Shown in pieces: positions 28,569-38,121 of a stretch of DNA of 64,000 nt (its first letter is position 1; each line of letters begins with the position of its first letter). The stretch is from the NCBI GenBank assembly GCA_016929645.1, contig JAFGIK010000031.1, positions 2,548-66,547 on the forward strand. Reading direction: 5' to 3'. Made by a program: the position numbers and the translations under genes. Source of the DNA: Candidatus Dojkabacteria bacterium. Lineage in GTDB: Bacteria > Patescibacteriota > Dojkabacteria > SC72 > JAFGCJ01. The notes under the pieces are model-generated. The model saw only the letters and a list, made by a program, of their open reading frames with translations. It searched no databases and had not been told where the DNA came from.

Positions 28569-29446
28569 AAAAGTCATTAATCTCAGTAATAGTCCCAACA
28601 CTTAATTCAGAAAAGCTTCTTGATAAATGTCTGAGATCAATTAAGAGTCAGACTTACAAAGATATTGAAATTATTGTTGTAGACAATTTTTCAAAAGATA
28701 ACACACGAAAGATCGCCAAAAAATACACGAGAAATATTTATATTAAAGGTCCAGAAAGAAGTGCTCAGGTAAACTACGCAGTAAAAAAGGCAAAAGGTGA
28801 ATATGTATACAAGGTTGACAGTGATTTCGTCCTGGATCCAGAAGTGATTAACCAATGCGTAAAAAAAGTAGATGAAGGTTTTGATGCAGTTGTTGTTCAT
28901 AATTCGCCAGATGTCCGAATTAGTTACATTGCCAAAATTCGGAAATTCGAAACAGACATGTACAAATATGACATTACTCACTCATCCGCAAGATTTGTAA
29001 AAAAGACCGTATACGAAAAGATTGGCGGATTTCGAACAGACATAACAGCAGGGGAGGATTATGATTTTCAAAACAAATTAAATAAAGGTGGATTCAAAAC
29101 TGGTTTTATAGAGGCAGAAGCATTACACCTTGGTGAACCAACAAATCTATTTAAGCATTTGAAAAAATACTATGATTATGGAAAAGATTTTGTAAATTAT
29201 CAAAAATCAAATAATGAAGAATCTCATTCTCAACTAGCATTTGTAAGACCAGTTTACCTTAAGAATTGGAAGAAATTTCTTGTGCATCCAATCTTAGGGT
29301 TTTCTTTTATAATTTATAGTATGGCTAAATTTGGCGCAGGTGCACTTGGATTCTTTACTGCAAATCCAAAACAAACATTAAGAATGATCGCTGAACACAT
29401 AAGCTTAAAGTTTAAAAAGAAACCTAAAAAAAATGAAAAATATTAA
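28565..29446 (+). CDS. glycosyltransferase family 2
   Basis: ISVIVPTLNSEKLL ... IVVDNFSKDNT. Its ATG overlaps the upstream stop (ATGA). Confidence 0.75.
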   Translation: MKKSLISVIVPTLNSEKLLDKCLRSIKSQTYKDIEIIVVDNFSKDNTRKIAKKYTRNIYIKGPERSAQVNYAVKKAKGEYVYKVDSDFVLDPEVINQCVKKVDEGFDAVVVHNSPDVRISYIAKIRKFETDMYKYDITHSSARFVKKTVYEKIGGFRTDITAGEDYDFQNKLNKGGFKTGFIEAEALHLGEPTNLFKHLKKYYDYGKDFVNYQKSNNEESHSQLAFVRPVYLKNWKKFLVHPILGFSFIIYSMAKFGAGALGFFTANPKQTLRMIAEHISLKFKKKPKKNEKY

Positions 29447-30305
29447 TAAATTATCAACACCAATTACTAATCAATCTAAAGCTGGGATAGGAAAAGAGCC
29501 AAAGATCTCAGTACTTACACCTGCATACAATGCAAAAACATCAATAGAAGATGCGGTAAAAAGTATTCTCAATCAAACTTATAAAAATTTTGAATATATA
29601 ATTATTGATGACGCAAGCAAAGACGACACTTACAACAAGATTATTGATCTTGCCCAAAAAGACAGTCGAATTAAAGTTTATAGAAATAAAACTAACCAAG
29701 GAATTCCAGCAACAAGAAACATTTTAATTTCCAAAGCAACAGGAAAATACATAGTATGGCAGGACGCAGATGACATATCATTAAAAGAAAGAATCGAAAA
29801 ACAGGTAGACTTTATGGAAAAAAATCCAGACATAGGCATATCAGGAGCTTACCTTCAATTCTTCACAGAGAAAGACGGTGACTTACTTATTCGAGAGTAT
29901 GATCCAAATGATCTAGAGCTTCGGAAAAACCTATTTAAATATTCACCAGTATCACAAGGTACAGCAATAATCAGAAAGGATATCCTTGATAAAGCAGGAT
30001 TATATGATCTTCGACTCACACAGGCAGAAGATTTGGACATGAGTTTCCGATTAGGAAAATATTCAAAATTTGCCAACCTTCAGGAAGTTTTGCTTAGATG
30101 CAGATTTCATGAAAAATCTGAATCTTCAAGTAAATTAAAAGAAAATATACGATTAACTCTTCTCGTGCGCCAAAGAGCAGTTAAGCAATACGGCTACAAA
30201 ATGGGGCTTTTTGATAGACTAGCATTTACAATTACATACATGATTCAGCTACTTCCAGCAAAAATTGTGTTTAGGATTTTTAATATTTTAAGAAACATCT
30301 TTTAA
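29433..30305 (+). CDS. glycosyltransferase family 2
   Basis: ISVLTPAYNAKTSIEDAVKSILNQTYKNFEYIIIDDASKDDT. Confidence 0.75.
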   Translation: MKNINKLSTPITNQSKAGIGKEPKISVLTPAYNAKTSIEDAVKSILNQTYKNFEYIIIDDASKDDTYNKIIDLAQKDSRIKVYRNKTNQGIPATRNILISKATGKYIVWQDADDISLKERIEKQVDFMEKNPDIGISGAYLQFFTEKDGDLLIREYDPNDLELRKNLFKYSPVSQGTAIIRKDILDKAGLYDLRLTQAEDLDMSFRLGKYSKFANLQEVLLRCRFHEKSESSSKLKENIRLTLLVRQRAVKQYGYKMGLFDRLAFTITYMIQLLPAKIVFRIFNILRNIF

Positions 30306-30310
30306 TACTA

Positions 30311-31198
30311 ATGAAATCAATAGCAATAATAATCGTCAATTACAACTCATTTAGTGAGATAAAAGAGCTTTCAGAAAGCTTAAATCAATACTCACTAGAT
30401 ATTTTTGATGTTTTCATTGTTGATAACAATTCATTAAAAGATAATGAATTAGAAATGAACAAATTTTGCCAAAAAAACAAGTATTTTTTCATTAAATCAA
30501 AAGAAAATCATGGATTTGCATCAGGAGTAAATATTGGAATCAAAAAAGCCATGACAGATGAAAAATATAAGTATTTTATGCTATTAAATCCGGACACAAT
30601 CCTAGAGGATCCAAAATTTTTCGACCAGTTAACAAAAGATATGGAGGAAACAAAAGCCGCAATAATTGGGCCACTTGTCAGATACTACCCTGAGAAAGAT
30701 ACAATTTACTGCGCCGGAGGAAGCATAAGCAAAATCAGCGCATTAAATAATCTTGTAGGTAAAGGATCAAAGGATTTTAAGAAATTCAGCACAATTCGAG
30801 AGTGTGATTTCATATCAGGTGGTTCAATGCTTATATCAAGAGAATTACTAGATAAAATTCCTTCGTTTCCAGAAGAATATTTTCTTTTTTTTGAAGAAGC
30901 AGATTTTTGCATGAACGCAAAAAAATTAGGATACAAAGTGATTTTTACACCAAATACATATCTATATCATAAGCACTCTCAAAGTATTAGCTATATGTCA
31001 GATCTTTATCTCTACTACAGCATTAGAAACTATAGAATATTCGCATTCAAATATTTACAGTGGTATTTTTTGCCAGTTTTTATGCTTGTATATCTCACAT
31101 ATTGGTGTGGAGGATATGCTATAAAAGCAATTCAGCATGGTAATATAAAAGGAATATTACAGATTTTTAAGGCACTATTAAATTTAAAATTCAAATAA
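30311..31198 (+). CDS. glycosyltransferase family 2 (rhamnosyltransferase-like)
   Basis: IAIIIVNYNSFSEIKELSESL ... VFIVDNNS. Confidence 0.7.
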   Translation: MKSIAIIIVNYNSFSEIKELSESLNQYSLDIFDVFIVDNNSLKDNELEMNKFCQKNKYFFIKSKENHGFASGVNIGIKKAMTDEKYKYFMLLNPDTILEDPKFFDQLTKDMEETKAAIIGPLVRYYPEKDTIYCAGGSISKISALNNLVGKGSKDFKKFSTIRECDFISGGSMLISRELLDKIPSFPEEYFLFFEEADFCMNAKKLGYKVIFTPNTYLYHKHSQSISYMSDLYLYYSIRNYRIFAFKYLQWYFLPVFMLVYLTYWCGGYAIKAIQHGNIKGILQIFKALLNLKFK

Positions 31199-32092
31199 TT
31201 GTCGGGGCAAAATATTAAACAAAATACTAAACAAAACCTTGAACTATCTATAATTTTCATTGTTCATAATGAAGAACATATCATAAAAGAATCGCTTGAA
31301 GCTGTAAAAGGCTTATCAGAAGATATAATCGTAATCCATGATGGTCCATGTGAAGACAAAACACTTGATATAGCAAGCCAGTACACTGATAAAATCCACA
31401 CATGGGAATTCTTCGGAAACATGGAGAACCATAGAATTCGGGCTTTCAAACTCGCAAAATACGATTGGATCTTGCAAGTAGATGCAGACGAAATAATCAC
31501 AAAAGATTTAAGAGAGGCAATTCCAAAACTAATAAATAATAACAGCGTTGCAATCTACGAATATAAATGTCCAAGCATATACAAAGGTAAGAAATATGAT
31601 TTCATATACAAAAGAGGCCTGTTTAACAAAAATCGAGTATACTTTATCTCGGTAATCCACGAATACGTAAAACCAACAAAACCCGAGTATATAATACAGA
31701 AAACACCATTCTCAATAATCCACAAATCAAAGTCCATGGCTGACTGGAATAGCCTTATGAGAAGAATATTACCTCCGCCTAAAGGCAGAGGCTGGCCCAT
31801 AATTCATGCAAAAGAATATCTTAAACCTTTTGCCAAAATTGAAAAATGGAATTGCAGCTTATTTGACTGGGAGTTCAAGACCAAAATAAGATTAATGTTC
31901 CCATTCACGGTTGGAGCAATAGGGTCATTTTTATACTTGTTTTTACAAAATCTTGTACTTGCAGTTAAAAATCTTGATTTTTACTATTTCCAACAAGGTT
32001 TGTTTAGTGGAATCTATTGGGGTAAAGTTTTCTTCATGTATGGTATATTAAGGATTGAACAATTTTACAAATGGATATTAAGAAAGAATTAA
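31199..32092 (+). CDS. glycosyltransferase family 2. It has no ATG start and lies in the same frame directly after the TAA of the upstream GT2.
   Basis: LSIIFIVHNEEHIIKESLEAVKGLSEDIIVIHDGPCEDKTLDIA. The first Met falls only after the GT2 nucleotide-binding block, so the start is TTG at 31199 or a readthrough. Confidence 0.55.
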   Translation: MSGQNIKQNTKQNLELSIIFIVHNEEHIIKESLEAVKGLSEDIIVIHDGPCEDKTLDIASQYTDKIHTWEFFGNMENHRIRAFKLAKYDWILQVDADEIITKDLREAIPKLINNNSVAIYEYKCPSIYKGKKYDFIYKRGLFNKNRVYFISVIHEYVKPTKPEYIIQKTPFSIIHKSKSMADWNSLMRRILPPPKGRGWPIIHAKEYLKPFAKIEKWNCSLFDWEFKTKIRLMFPFTVGAIGSFLYLFLQNLVLAVKNLDFYYFQQGLFSGIYWGKVFFMYGILRIEQFYKWILRKN

Positions 32093-34476
32093 AAAAAATA
32101 ATAAAAGTAGTAAAAAATAACGATGTAATATTTGGCATTTTGACATTTTTGTCATGCTTATTTTTGCTAAAAGGTGGAATTTGGTTATTTAACGATGCTG
32201 CATATTGGCCTAAAACCTGGGACGAAGGCGTTTTTAATTCATTCACCCAATTTAAGACATTCGTATTAAGTAACACCAGTTATGGCTTTGATTTAGGATT
32301 ACTAAGCTACACTCGATACATCTCAGTATTATTTCACTTAGTACTTTATGCTTTATTTGGCTCGACAATATCACAAATAATTTTCATAGTAAGTGCATTT
32401 ATCCTAAACTACTTGGCATTTTATAAATTTTCCGGAATCTGGGAAAAAGATTCTAACATACGAAAATTAAGCTCGATATTCTTTTCATTTTGCCCAATAT
32501 TCCTAGGTTTAATGAACCAAAGCTACATACACTCATATGCAGCAATTCCGCTTCTTGTTTTTTTTATCTACAAATATTTTCAGTCAAAAGTAAAGAAATC
32601 AATCAAATATATCTTACTCATTATTGTATGTTTGTACTTAATAACAGGATATTTGCGATTCATTCAGATAACAGCAATAATTGCAGCACCATACCTTATT
32701 TATTTGACAATAAAGCATAAATGGTATAAACAATACCAAAAGATCTTCGCACTTTTCATACCAATCGCTCTGGCATTCCTGCCATCAATATATTTGTTGA
32801 TAAACCAGTACATAAAAGGAACATCATCAGTCTACTCGAACTTCGCATCATCTTTTGAGGGGTCAAAACCAGAATTAAAGTGGTACGAGATATTTAGCAT
32901 ATATCAGACAATAAATATCCCGATCTACAGCAATTATCCATTAATTTATGGAATTATCGGCACATCAGTACTTGGTATCCTCTTAATAACAGCGCTTTTA
33001 ACCAAAGGAAAAACAAAATCTGCATTTTATCTGAACTTAGGAATGATCGCATTATCAATCATTTTGATAGCCTTACCATTGCTATTTCAACAAAATATAT
33101 ATGACAAATTAGTAAAAATATTTGCTTTTCTACAAAATGTGCCTCAATACGGACTATATTTATCAACAATTCCAATAGCAATGCTGATTATACATATTGC
33201 TCGCAAAAATTACGTTCTAGCTAAAGTTTACACATTGATCATTGTCGCAATAGCAATATTTCCATTATTAAGTATTAATGCACAATACCTGGCAAAAATT
33301 AAAGTAAGTGACATTCCACAAAGTTATGTGGATGAATTCGTTGATAACGATTTTAATGAATATCCAGAACCAACACTTTTCATTCCACAATCATGCTGGA
33401 ACGCTGAGTATACAAGGGAGGAATCCACGACATGCATCAATAAATCAATAATTGATAAGGATATCCAGGACATTAATCCAAGATTTTTATCAAGCTCAGA
33501 CTATCAACTACAAAAAAGATACACTGCATATCAAAATTTAAGTCCGGCAACACTTGAAAATCTTAAAGTTACTCATAACTTAAAAAATATTATTGTTGCA
33601 AAAGATATCATAGAACCGACATATTGGGTAAGTGACGCAAATCAAATGAAACTTACATTGGATAAATTTGATGATCTGGAAATATATGAAAATGATCAGT
33701 TTACAAAATATACACTCCTTGAAAATGATACTTATGATTTTTTTATATATTCCCCTAATTACACAAGACAATTTATCGAAAACGAAAGTACTAATGATAT
33801 GGTTGATATTACACAAAAACCTGTTTTTACTGACCAGATTATCAATGCCGATTTCAACCAGAATGTAAATGTTGACTACAAAATGTCAAATTACAATCCT
33901 GAGAAATATTATGCAAAGATAAGCAATTTCGATAACAACAAGGATATATTATTACAAACAAATCTACTCTATAACCCGAATTGGAAGATAAAATTTATAA
34001 CTAAACAGGAATATGACAGTGTCAATTGTTATGACAAACAAGAGTTTGACGTAACTGATAACTCAAGATGTAAATACAATGGAACAATTTTACCAGCACT
34101 TGATATAAAATATCTTTTTTCAAAGGAAGTAAGCACAGGACAGCATAAAATTGGAAACATCCTAGGAAATCTATGGATCATAGATAACGAACAGCTGGAA
34201 GGTAAAAATGAAGTATACGCAGTGATTATATTTGAAAAACAAATCCCATTCACATGGAGCATTTATATTTCAACAGCAGTAATGACATTACTATTTATGA
34301 TTTCAGTCTACAGCGAAATCAAATTTAAAAAGAAATCGGACATTCAGACAAATATACACAAGCCAACTCAAAACGAAAAATTGGCACGCCCAAAAACAAC
34401 TGATACAAGTCAGACAACTATTTATACAACTAATAAATCAAGAAAAATAAACACAAAGCAAGATGGAGACAAGTAA
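32071..34476 (+). CDS. large membrane protein of 801 aa: N-terminal GT-C-like polytopic domain, extracytoplasmic domain, C-terminal TM helix. Paralog of the 24393 protein.
   Basis: About 12 TM helices in the first 450 aa. C-terminal helix IYISTAVMTLLFMISVY. Block similarity to the 24393 protein. Confidence 0.6.
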   Translation: MDIKKELKKIIKVVKNNDVIFGILTFLSCLFLLKGGIWLFNDAAYWPKTWDEGVFNSFTQFKTFVLSNTSYGFDLGLLSYTRYISVLFHLVLYALFGSTISQIIFIVSAFILNYLAFYKFSGIWEKDSNIRKLSSIFFSFCPIFLGLMNQSYIHSYAAIPLLVFFIYKYFQSKVKKSIKYILLIIVCLYLITGYLRFIQITAIIAAPYLIYLTIKHKWYKQYQKIFALFIPIALAFLPSIYLLINQYIKGTSSVYSNFASSFEGSKPELKWYEIFSIYQTINIPIYSNYPLIYGIIGTSVLGILLITALLTKGKTKSAFYLNLGMIALSIILIALPLLFQQNIYDKLVKIFAFLQNVPQYGLYLSTIPIAMLIIHIARKNYVLAKVYTLIIVAIAIFPLLSINAQYLAKIKVSDIPQSYVDEFVDNDFNEYPEPTLFIPQSCWNAEYTREESTTCINKSIIDKDIQDINPRFLSSSDYQLQKRYTAYQNLSPATLENLKVTHNLKNIIVAKDIIEPTYWVSDANQMKLTLDKFDDLEIYENDQFTKYTLLENDTYDFFIYSPNYTRQFIENESTNDMVDITQKPVFTDQIINADFNQNVNVDYKMSNYNPEKYYAKISNFDNNKDILLQTNLLYNPNWKIKFITKQEYDSVNCYDKQEFDVTDNSRCKYNGTILPALDIKYLFSKEVSTGQHKIGNILGNLWIIDNEQLEGKNEVYAVIIFEKQIPFTWSIYISTAVMTLLFMISVYSEIKFKKKSDIQTNIHKPTQNEKLARPKTTDTSQTTIYTTNKSRKINTKQDGDK

Positions 34477-36691
34477 TAATGTCAAAAATAAAAAACAGGT
34501 AGATCGCCAGAAAATAAGGAAAATAATTTTCTTTAATATCCTCTGCATAAATATTCTTACTGTACTGATATTGCTATCACTTGGACTATACATTTATCCA
34601 AAATTTGCATCTACACAACAAATTAAGCCACAAATAACAAACAGCGTTGATAAAGTATTTTCATATCCTGGCGAAAATTCAACACCACTTGGCAATCCTG
34701 ATATCGATGAATTGACAATTTATAATAACAGCATCAACAATGAAAAAGATGAAAAATCACTTACAGAAATAACAAAGCAAACATATCTTCAAATCTACGA
34801 AAAAGATGGAAAATTTATTACAAATAATATACTCGAAGCTGACGCATCATTTAGTTTTGTTCAGGATATTAATAAGATTGAATCAGTAAATATAAACTAT
34901 AGTGACCAAAACAATAACCTGACCCTAACGACAACAGAATTCCAGCTAAAAATTGATGATCAAGAAACAAAAGTTTTAGAGCCAATAACCATTGGAGAAA
35001 TACCAAACATATCAAATAAGGACATAATAAAAATTGATAATTCTTTTGTTGACATGAGAACAGCAAATACCAACAAAAGCATCGTAACATCGGGAAACGT
35101 AGAACACATCAAAATATACAAACAGGTTAGTGTCAAAAATCTTGACAATGGCGACTTTAGCCAAGGATCATGGCAGGGAACAGTGGGTGACTGCAGCCAA
35201 TATGTATCCGGTGTTGCAGATTTAGAAATGAATATTGTTAACGATACTCAAGGAAATCCATCGCTAAGCCTTAGCTCAAAAAATCACTATGCATGCACAT
35301 CAAAACAGTTTCAAATGGACAGAGATTCAAATAAAGTATATTTACTAAGCTTTGACTACAAAAGTATAGAAGGAAATTACGTCCAAGCATATTTTGAGAT
35401 ACTTGATGAAAAAGAAAAGATCGTATCAAGAAACACTATCACGCTAACCCCAAACGATAATAACTGGCACAATCATAGAGTAATTTTAGATGAGATAGAG
35501 AATGTTGAAAAACCCCTTGATATAACAATATTTGTATACGCACCAAGCGATGGCAGCAAGGAAGTTACAAATTTTTACGACAACTTTGAATTACTCGAGT
35601 ATGAAATGACACAAGATATCTTGTTAACCGACAAGGAAGAAACCACCGATCAAGAAAATCAAGATTCAGAAATCCTTGAAAGAAATAACGAAAACAAAAT
35701 CTTCATTGAAAATATCACATTAGGCTCAAACAATAACAATATTTCAATACTTCCAACAAATATTAATGACTACAATATAACACTGGACTCATTTGAAGAT
35801 AAACTATGGCAAGAAAGTGCATCCGATTGCAGTTCAATCATGGCAGGAAAACCAGAATTTGAACTTTCACAAGAATACGATGCAAGTGATGGCGAAAAAT
35901 CACTAATGATAAGTTCAACAAACCATAATGCTTGCGTTGCCAAACTTTTTGATATTGATATTAACAATACATACCTGTACAAATTAAGTGTTGACATGAA
36001 AGCACTGAAAGATAAAAAATCTCAGGTTTATTACTACTTCGAATACATGCTTAACGGACAGGTAAAATATCAATCTGGAGTCTTCAACATAGATGCACCT
36101 GACAACAAGTGGCATTCTTACTCAACAACAGTTATTCCTCCAGATAAGCAAATTCTAAACTTCGGCATCTTTCTTTATGCTCTTTCCGATGGAACATACG
36201 AGTCGCAAAACCTATACGATAATATAAAACTTAATATCATCGGCCCCAAAAACCTTGAACAATTCTACTTCATAAATGAAAAAGAAATAGAAGAAATGCC
36301 GGAAGCTGAGGTGAAACTCGCATACTCAAACCGATTCGAAACAAGATTTTATGTATCAGATATTAAAAGCAATGAGTTCCTAGTGATACTGCCACAAGAG
36401 TACAGCTCAACATTAGAGCTTCAGATAAAAGGCGATAATATAAACAAAACAATTGAAAACTCAAACCATTATCAGGGTTATGGACTTGGCACATTCAATA
36501 ACAACGTATGGCTCATAAATAAAAATGAACTATGTACAAAAGGTTGTTCTGACTCTGACCAATACACAATAATTATTAGGGAAAAGAAATTTTTCATGAT
36601 ACAAATTGTAGTAGCAGCTCTAATTCCAGTAACAGCAACAATATTAATAATATCTATAGTCAAGGAAAGAAAAAAAAACCTCAAAACTTAA
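34463..36691 (+). CDS. cell-surface protein with two tandem CBM4/9-like carbohydrate-binding domains, an N-terminal TM anchor and a C-terminal TM helix
   Basis: Two internal repeats: NGDFSQGSWQGTVGDCSQ...YACTSKQF...NNWHNHRVIL...FVYAPSDGS and DSFEDKLWQESASDCSS...NACVAKLF...NKWHSYSTTV...FLYALSDGT. Both follow the NGxFExGxxxW...C pattern of CBM_4_9. Confidence 0.55.
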   Translation: METSNNVKNKKQVDRQKIRKIIFFNILCINILTVLILLSLGLYIYPKFASTQQIKPQITNSVDKVFSYPGENSTPLGNPDIDELTIYNNSINNEKDEKSLTEITKQTYLQIYEKDGKFITNNILEADASFSFVQDINKIESVNINYSDQNNNLTLTTTEFQLKIDDQETKVLEPITIGEIPNISNKDIIKIDNSFVDMRTANTNKSIVTSGNVEHIKIYKQVSVKNLDNGDFSQGSWQGTVGDCSQYVSGVADLEMNIVNDTQGNPSLSLSSKNHYACTSKQFQMDRDSNKVYLLSFDYKSIEGNYVQAYFEILDEKEKIVSRNTITLTPNDNNWHNHRVILDEIENVEKPLDITIFVYAPSDGSKEVTNFYDNFELLEYEMTQDILLTDKEETTDQENQDSEILERNNENKIFIENITLGSNNNNISILPTNINDYNITLDSFEDKLWQESASDCSSIMAGKPEFELSQEYDASDGEKSLMISSTNHNACVAKLFDIDINNTYLYKLSVDMKALKDKKSQVYYYFEYMLNGQVKYQSGVFNIDAPDNKWHSYSTTVIPPDKQILNFGIFLYALSDGTYESQNLYDNIKLNIIGPKNLEQFYFINEKEIEEMPEAEVKLAYSNRFETRFYVSDIKSNEFLVILPQEYSSTLELQIKGDNINKTIENSNHYQGYGLGTFNNNVWLINKNELCTKGCSDSDQYTIIIREKKFFMIQIVVAALIPVTATILIISIVKERKKNLKT

Positions 36692-36878
36692 GCAAAATTC
36701 GCAAATCTCTGCCATCAATACTTAAAAAGGGGCCAAGCAAATAGGCCTTATAAATAATATCGAATTCAACTAACTCAAAACACAAAGTTCCTCCCAGGAA
36801 AAGATTAACCAAAGTTTAAATTGAGTTCTTTCAACAGTTTCATAAAATTACGTGAATTAATATCAAAGATATCATATA

Positions 36879-38009
36879 ATGACAAACATGGAAGTATTCA
36901 TTATCATATTATTAATTGCATTAATTATAGCAATTGCCGTATCAACAAACATTTTATTAAGTAATTTCAAACAAGCAAGACAAGAACAGCTCGAAGCGTC
37001 AAAGGAAGATAAGTCGTTGCTATTGCTGCAAAATCAGATCAGCAAAATGAATCAAGAGATAGATAACAAACTATCCTCTAATCAAAGAATCCTTACAGAC
37101 GGGCTACAAACCCAGACAACAATATTGCAGAAGCAATCAAGTATCAGCACCAGAACAATACAAGAGCTCCAAAATCAAAGCTCAAAGACAATCCAAGAAG
37201 TAACAGAAAAACTTACAAAGCTAGATGAAACCAACAAGAAGGTTGTAGATTTTGCAACACAACTTCAAAGTCTAGAGAATATATTAAAGAACCCCAAACA
37301 AAGAGGTATCCTGGGTGAATATTTTCTCGAAACGTTACTAAGCAAAGTAATGCCACAGGGAACATATAAAATGCAGTACAAATTTAGTGATGGAGAAATT
37401 GTTGACGCAGCAATTATCGTTAAGGAGAAAATAATCCCCATTGATTCAAAATTCTCACTTGAAAAATACAACGAAATTCAAACAGAAATTAATGCTGACA
37501 CAAGAGAGCAGCTGAAAAAAGAATTTCGGTCTGACTTAAAAATGCGAATCGACGAAACATCCAAATACATCAGACCTCAGGAAGGCACCACAGATTTCGC
37601 ACTTATGTTTATCCCAGCAGAAGGTATCTTTTACGACATACTTGTCCAAAAAGTAGGATCATTAGATATATCAGCAGAAGATTTAATAACATATGCGTTC
37701 AAGAAACGAGTCATCCTTGTGTCACCAAACACTTTCTTTGCATATTTACAAACAATATTACAAGCACTCAAAGCACTTCAGGTCGAAGAATCCATAAAAG
37801 AGGTTATTACAAAGATTGCCCAAATGGGAAAACACATGGTAAATTACCAAGATTATATAAGTAAAGTAGGAAAACACCTTGGTTCAACAGTAAGTGCCTA
37901 CAATCAGGCAAACCATCAGTTTAGGATGATAGATAAAGACGTTTTGAAGATTTCCGGTGAAAAAATCGGTGCAGAGGAAATTCAACTCGAAAAGCCAGAA
38001 GAAAATTAA
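36879..38009 (+). CDS. rmuC: DNA recombination protein RmuC
   Basis: N-terminal TM helix, long coiled coil, and the RmuC C-terminal block PQEGTTDFALMFIPAEGIFYDIL. Confidence 0.7.
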   Translation: MTNMEVFIIILLIALIIAIAVSTNILLSNFKQARQEQLEASKEDKSLLLLQNQISKMNQEIDNKLSSNQRILTDGLQTQTTILQKQSSISTRTIQELQNQSSKTIQEVTEKLTKLDETNKKVVDFATQLQSLENILKNPKQRGILGEYFLETLLSKVMPQGTYKMQYKFSDGEIVDAAIIVKEKIIPIDSKFSLEKYNEIQTEINADTREQLKKEFRSDLKMRIDETSKYIRPQEGTTDFALMFIPAEGIFYDILVQKVGSLDISAEDLITYAFKKRVILVSPNTFFAYLQTILQALKALQVEESIKEVITKIAQMGKHMVNYQDYISKVGKHLGSTVSAYNQANHQFRMIDKDVLKISGEKIGAEEIQLEKPEEN

Positions 38010-38121
38010 TCGAGAATCAAGTCAAAATCAAGACGAGTAGAAAAAATTCACATATTGCAAAAATTCCATTGTAGCTGCAAAATACTTGGTAATTTATATT
38101 TCTGTGATCTAGAAGAAATTT

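Noticed and set aside
36692-36878. Possible terminator hairpin ggggcc-N9-ggcc after the 34463-36691 gene
   Set aside because: The stem is only 4-5 bp and is not followed by a U-tract. It is too weak to call.
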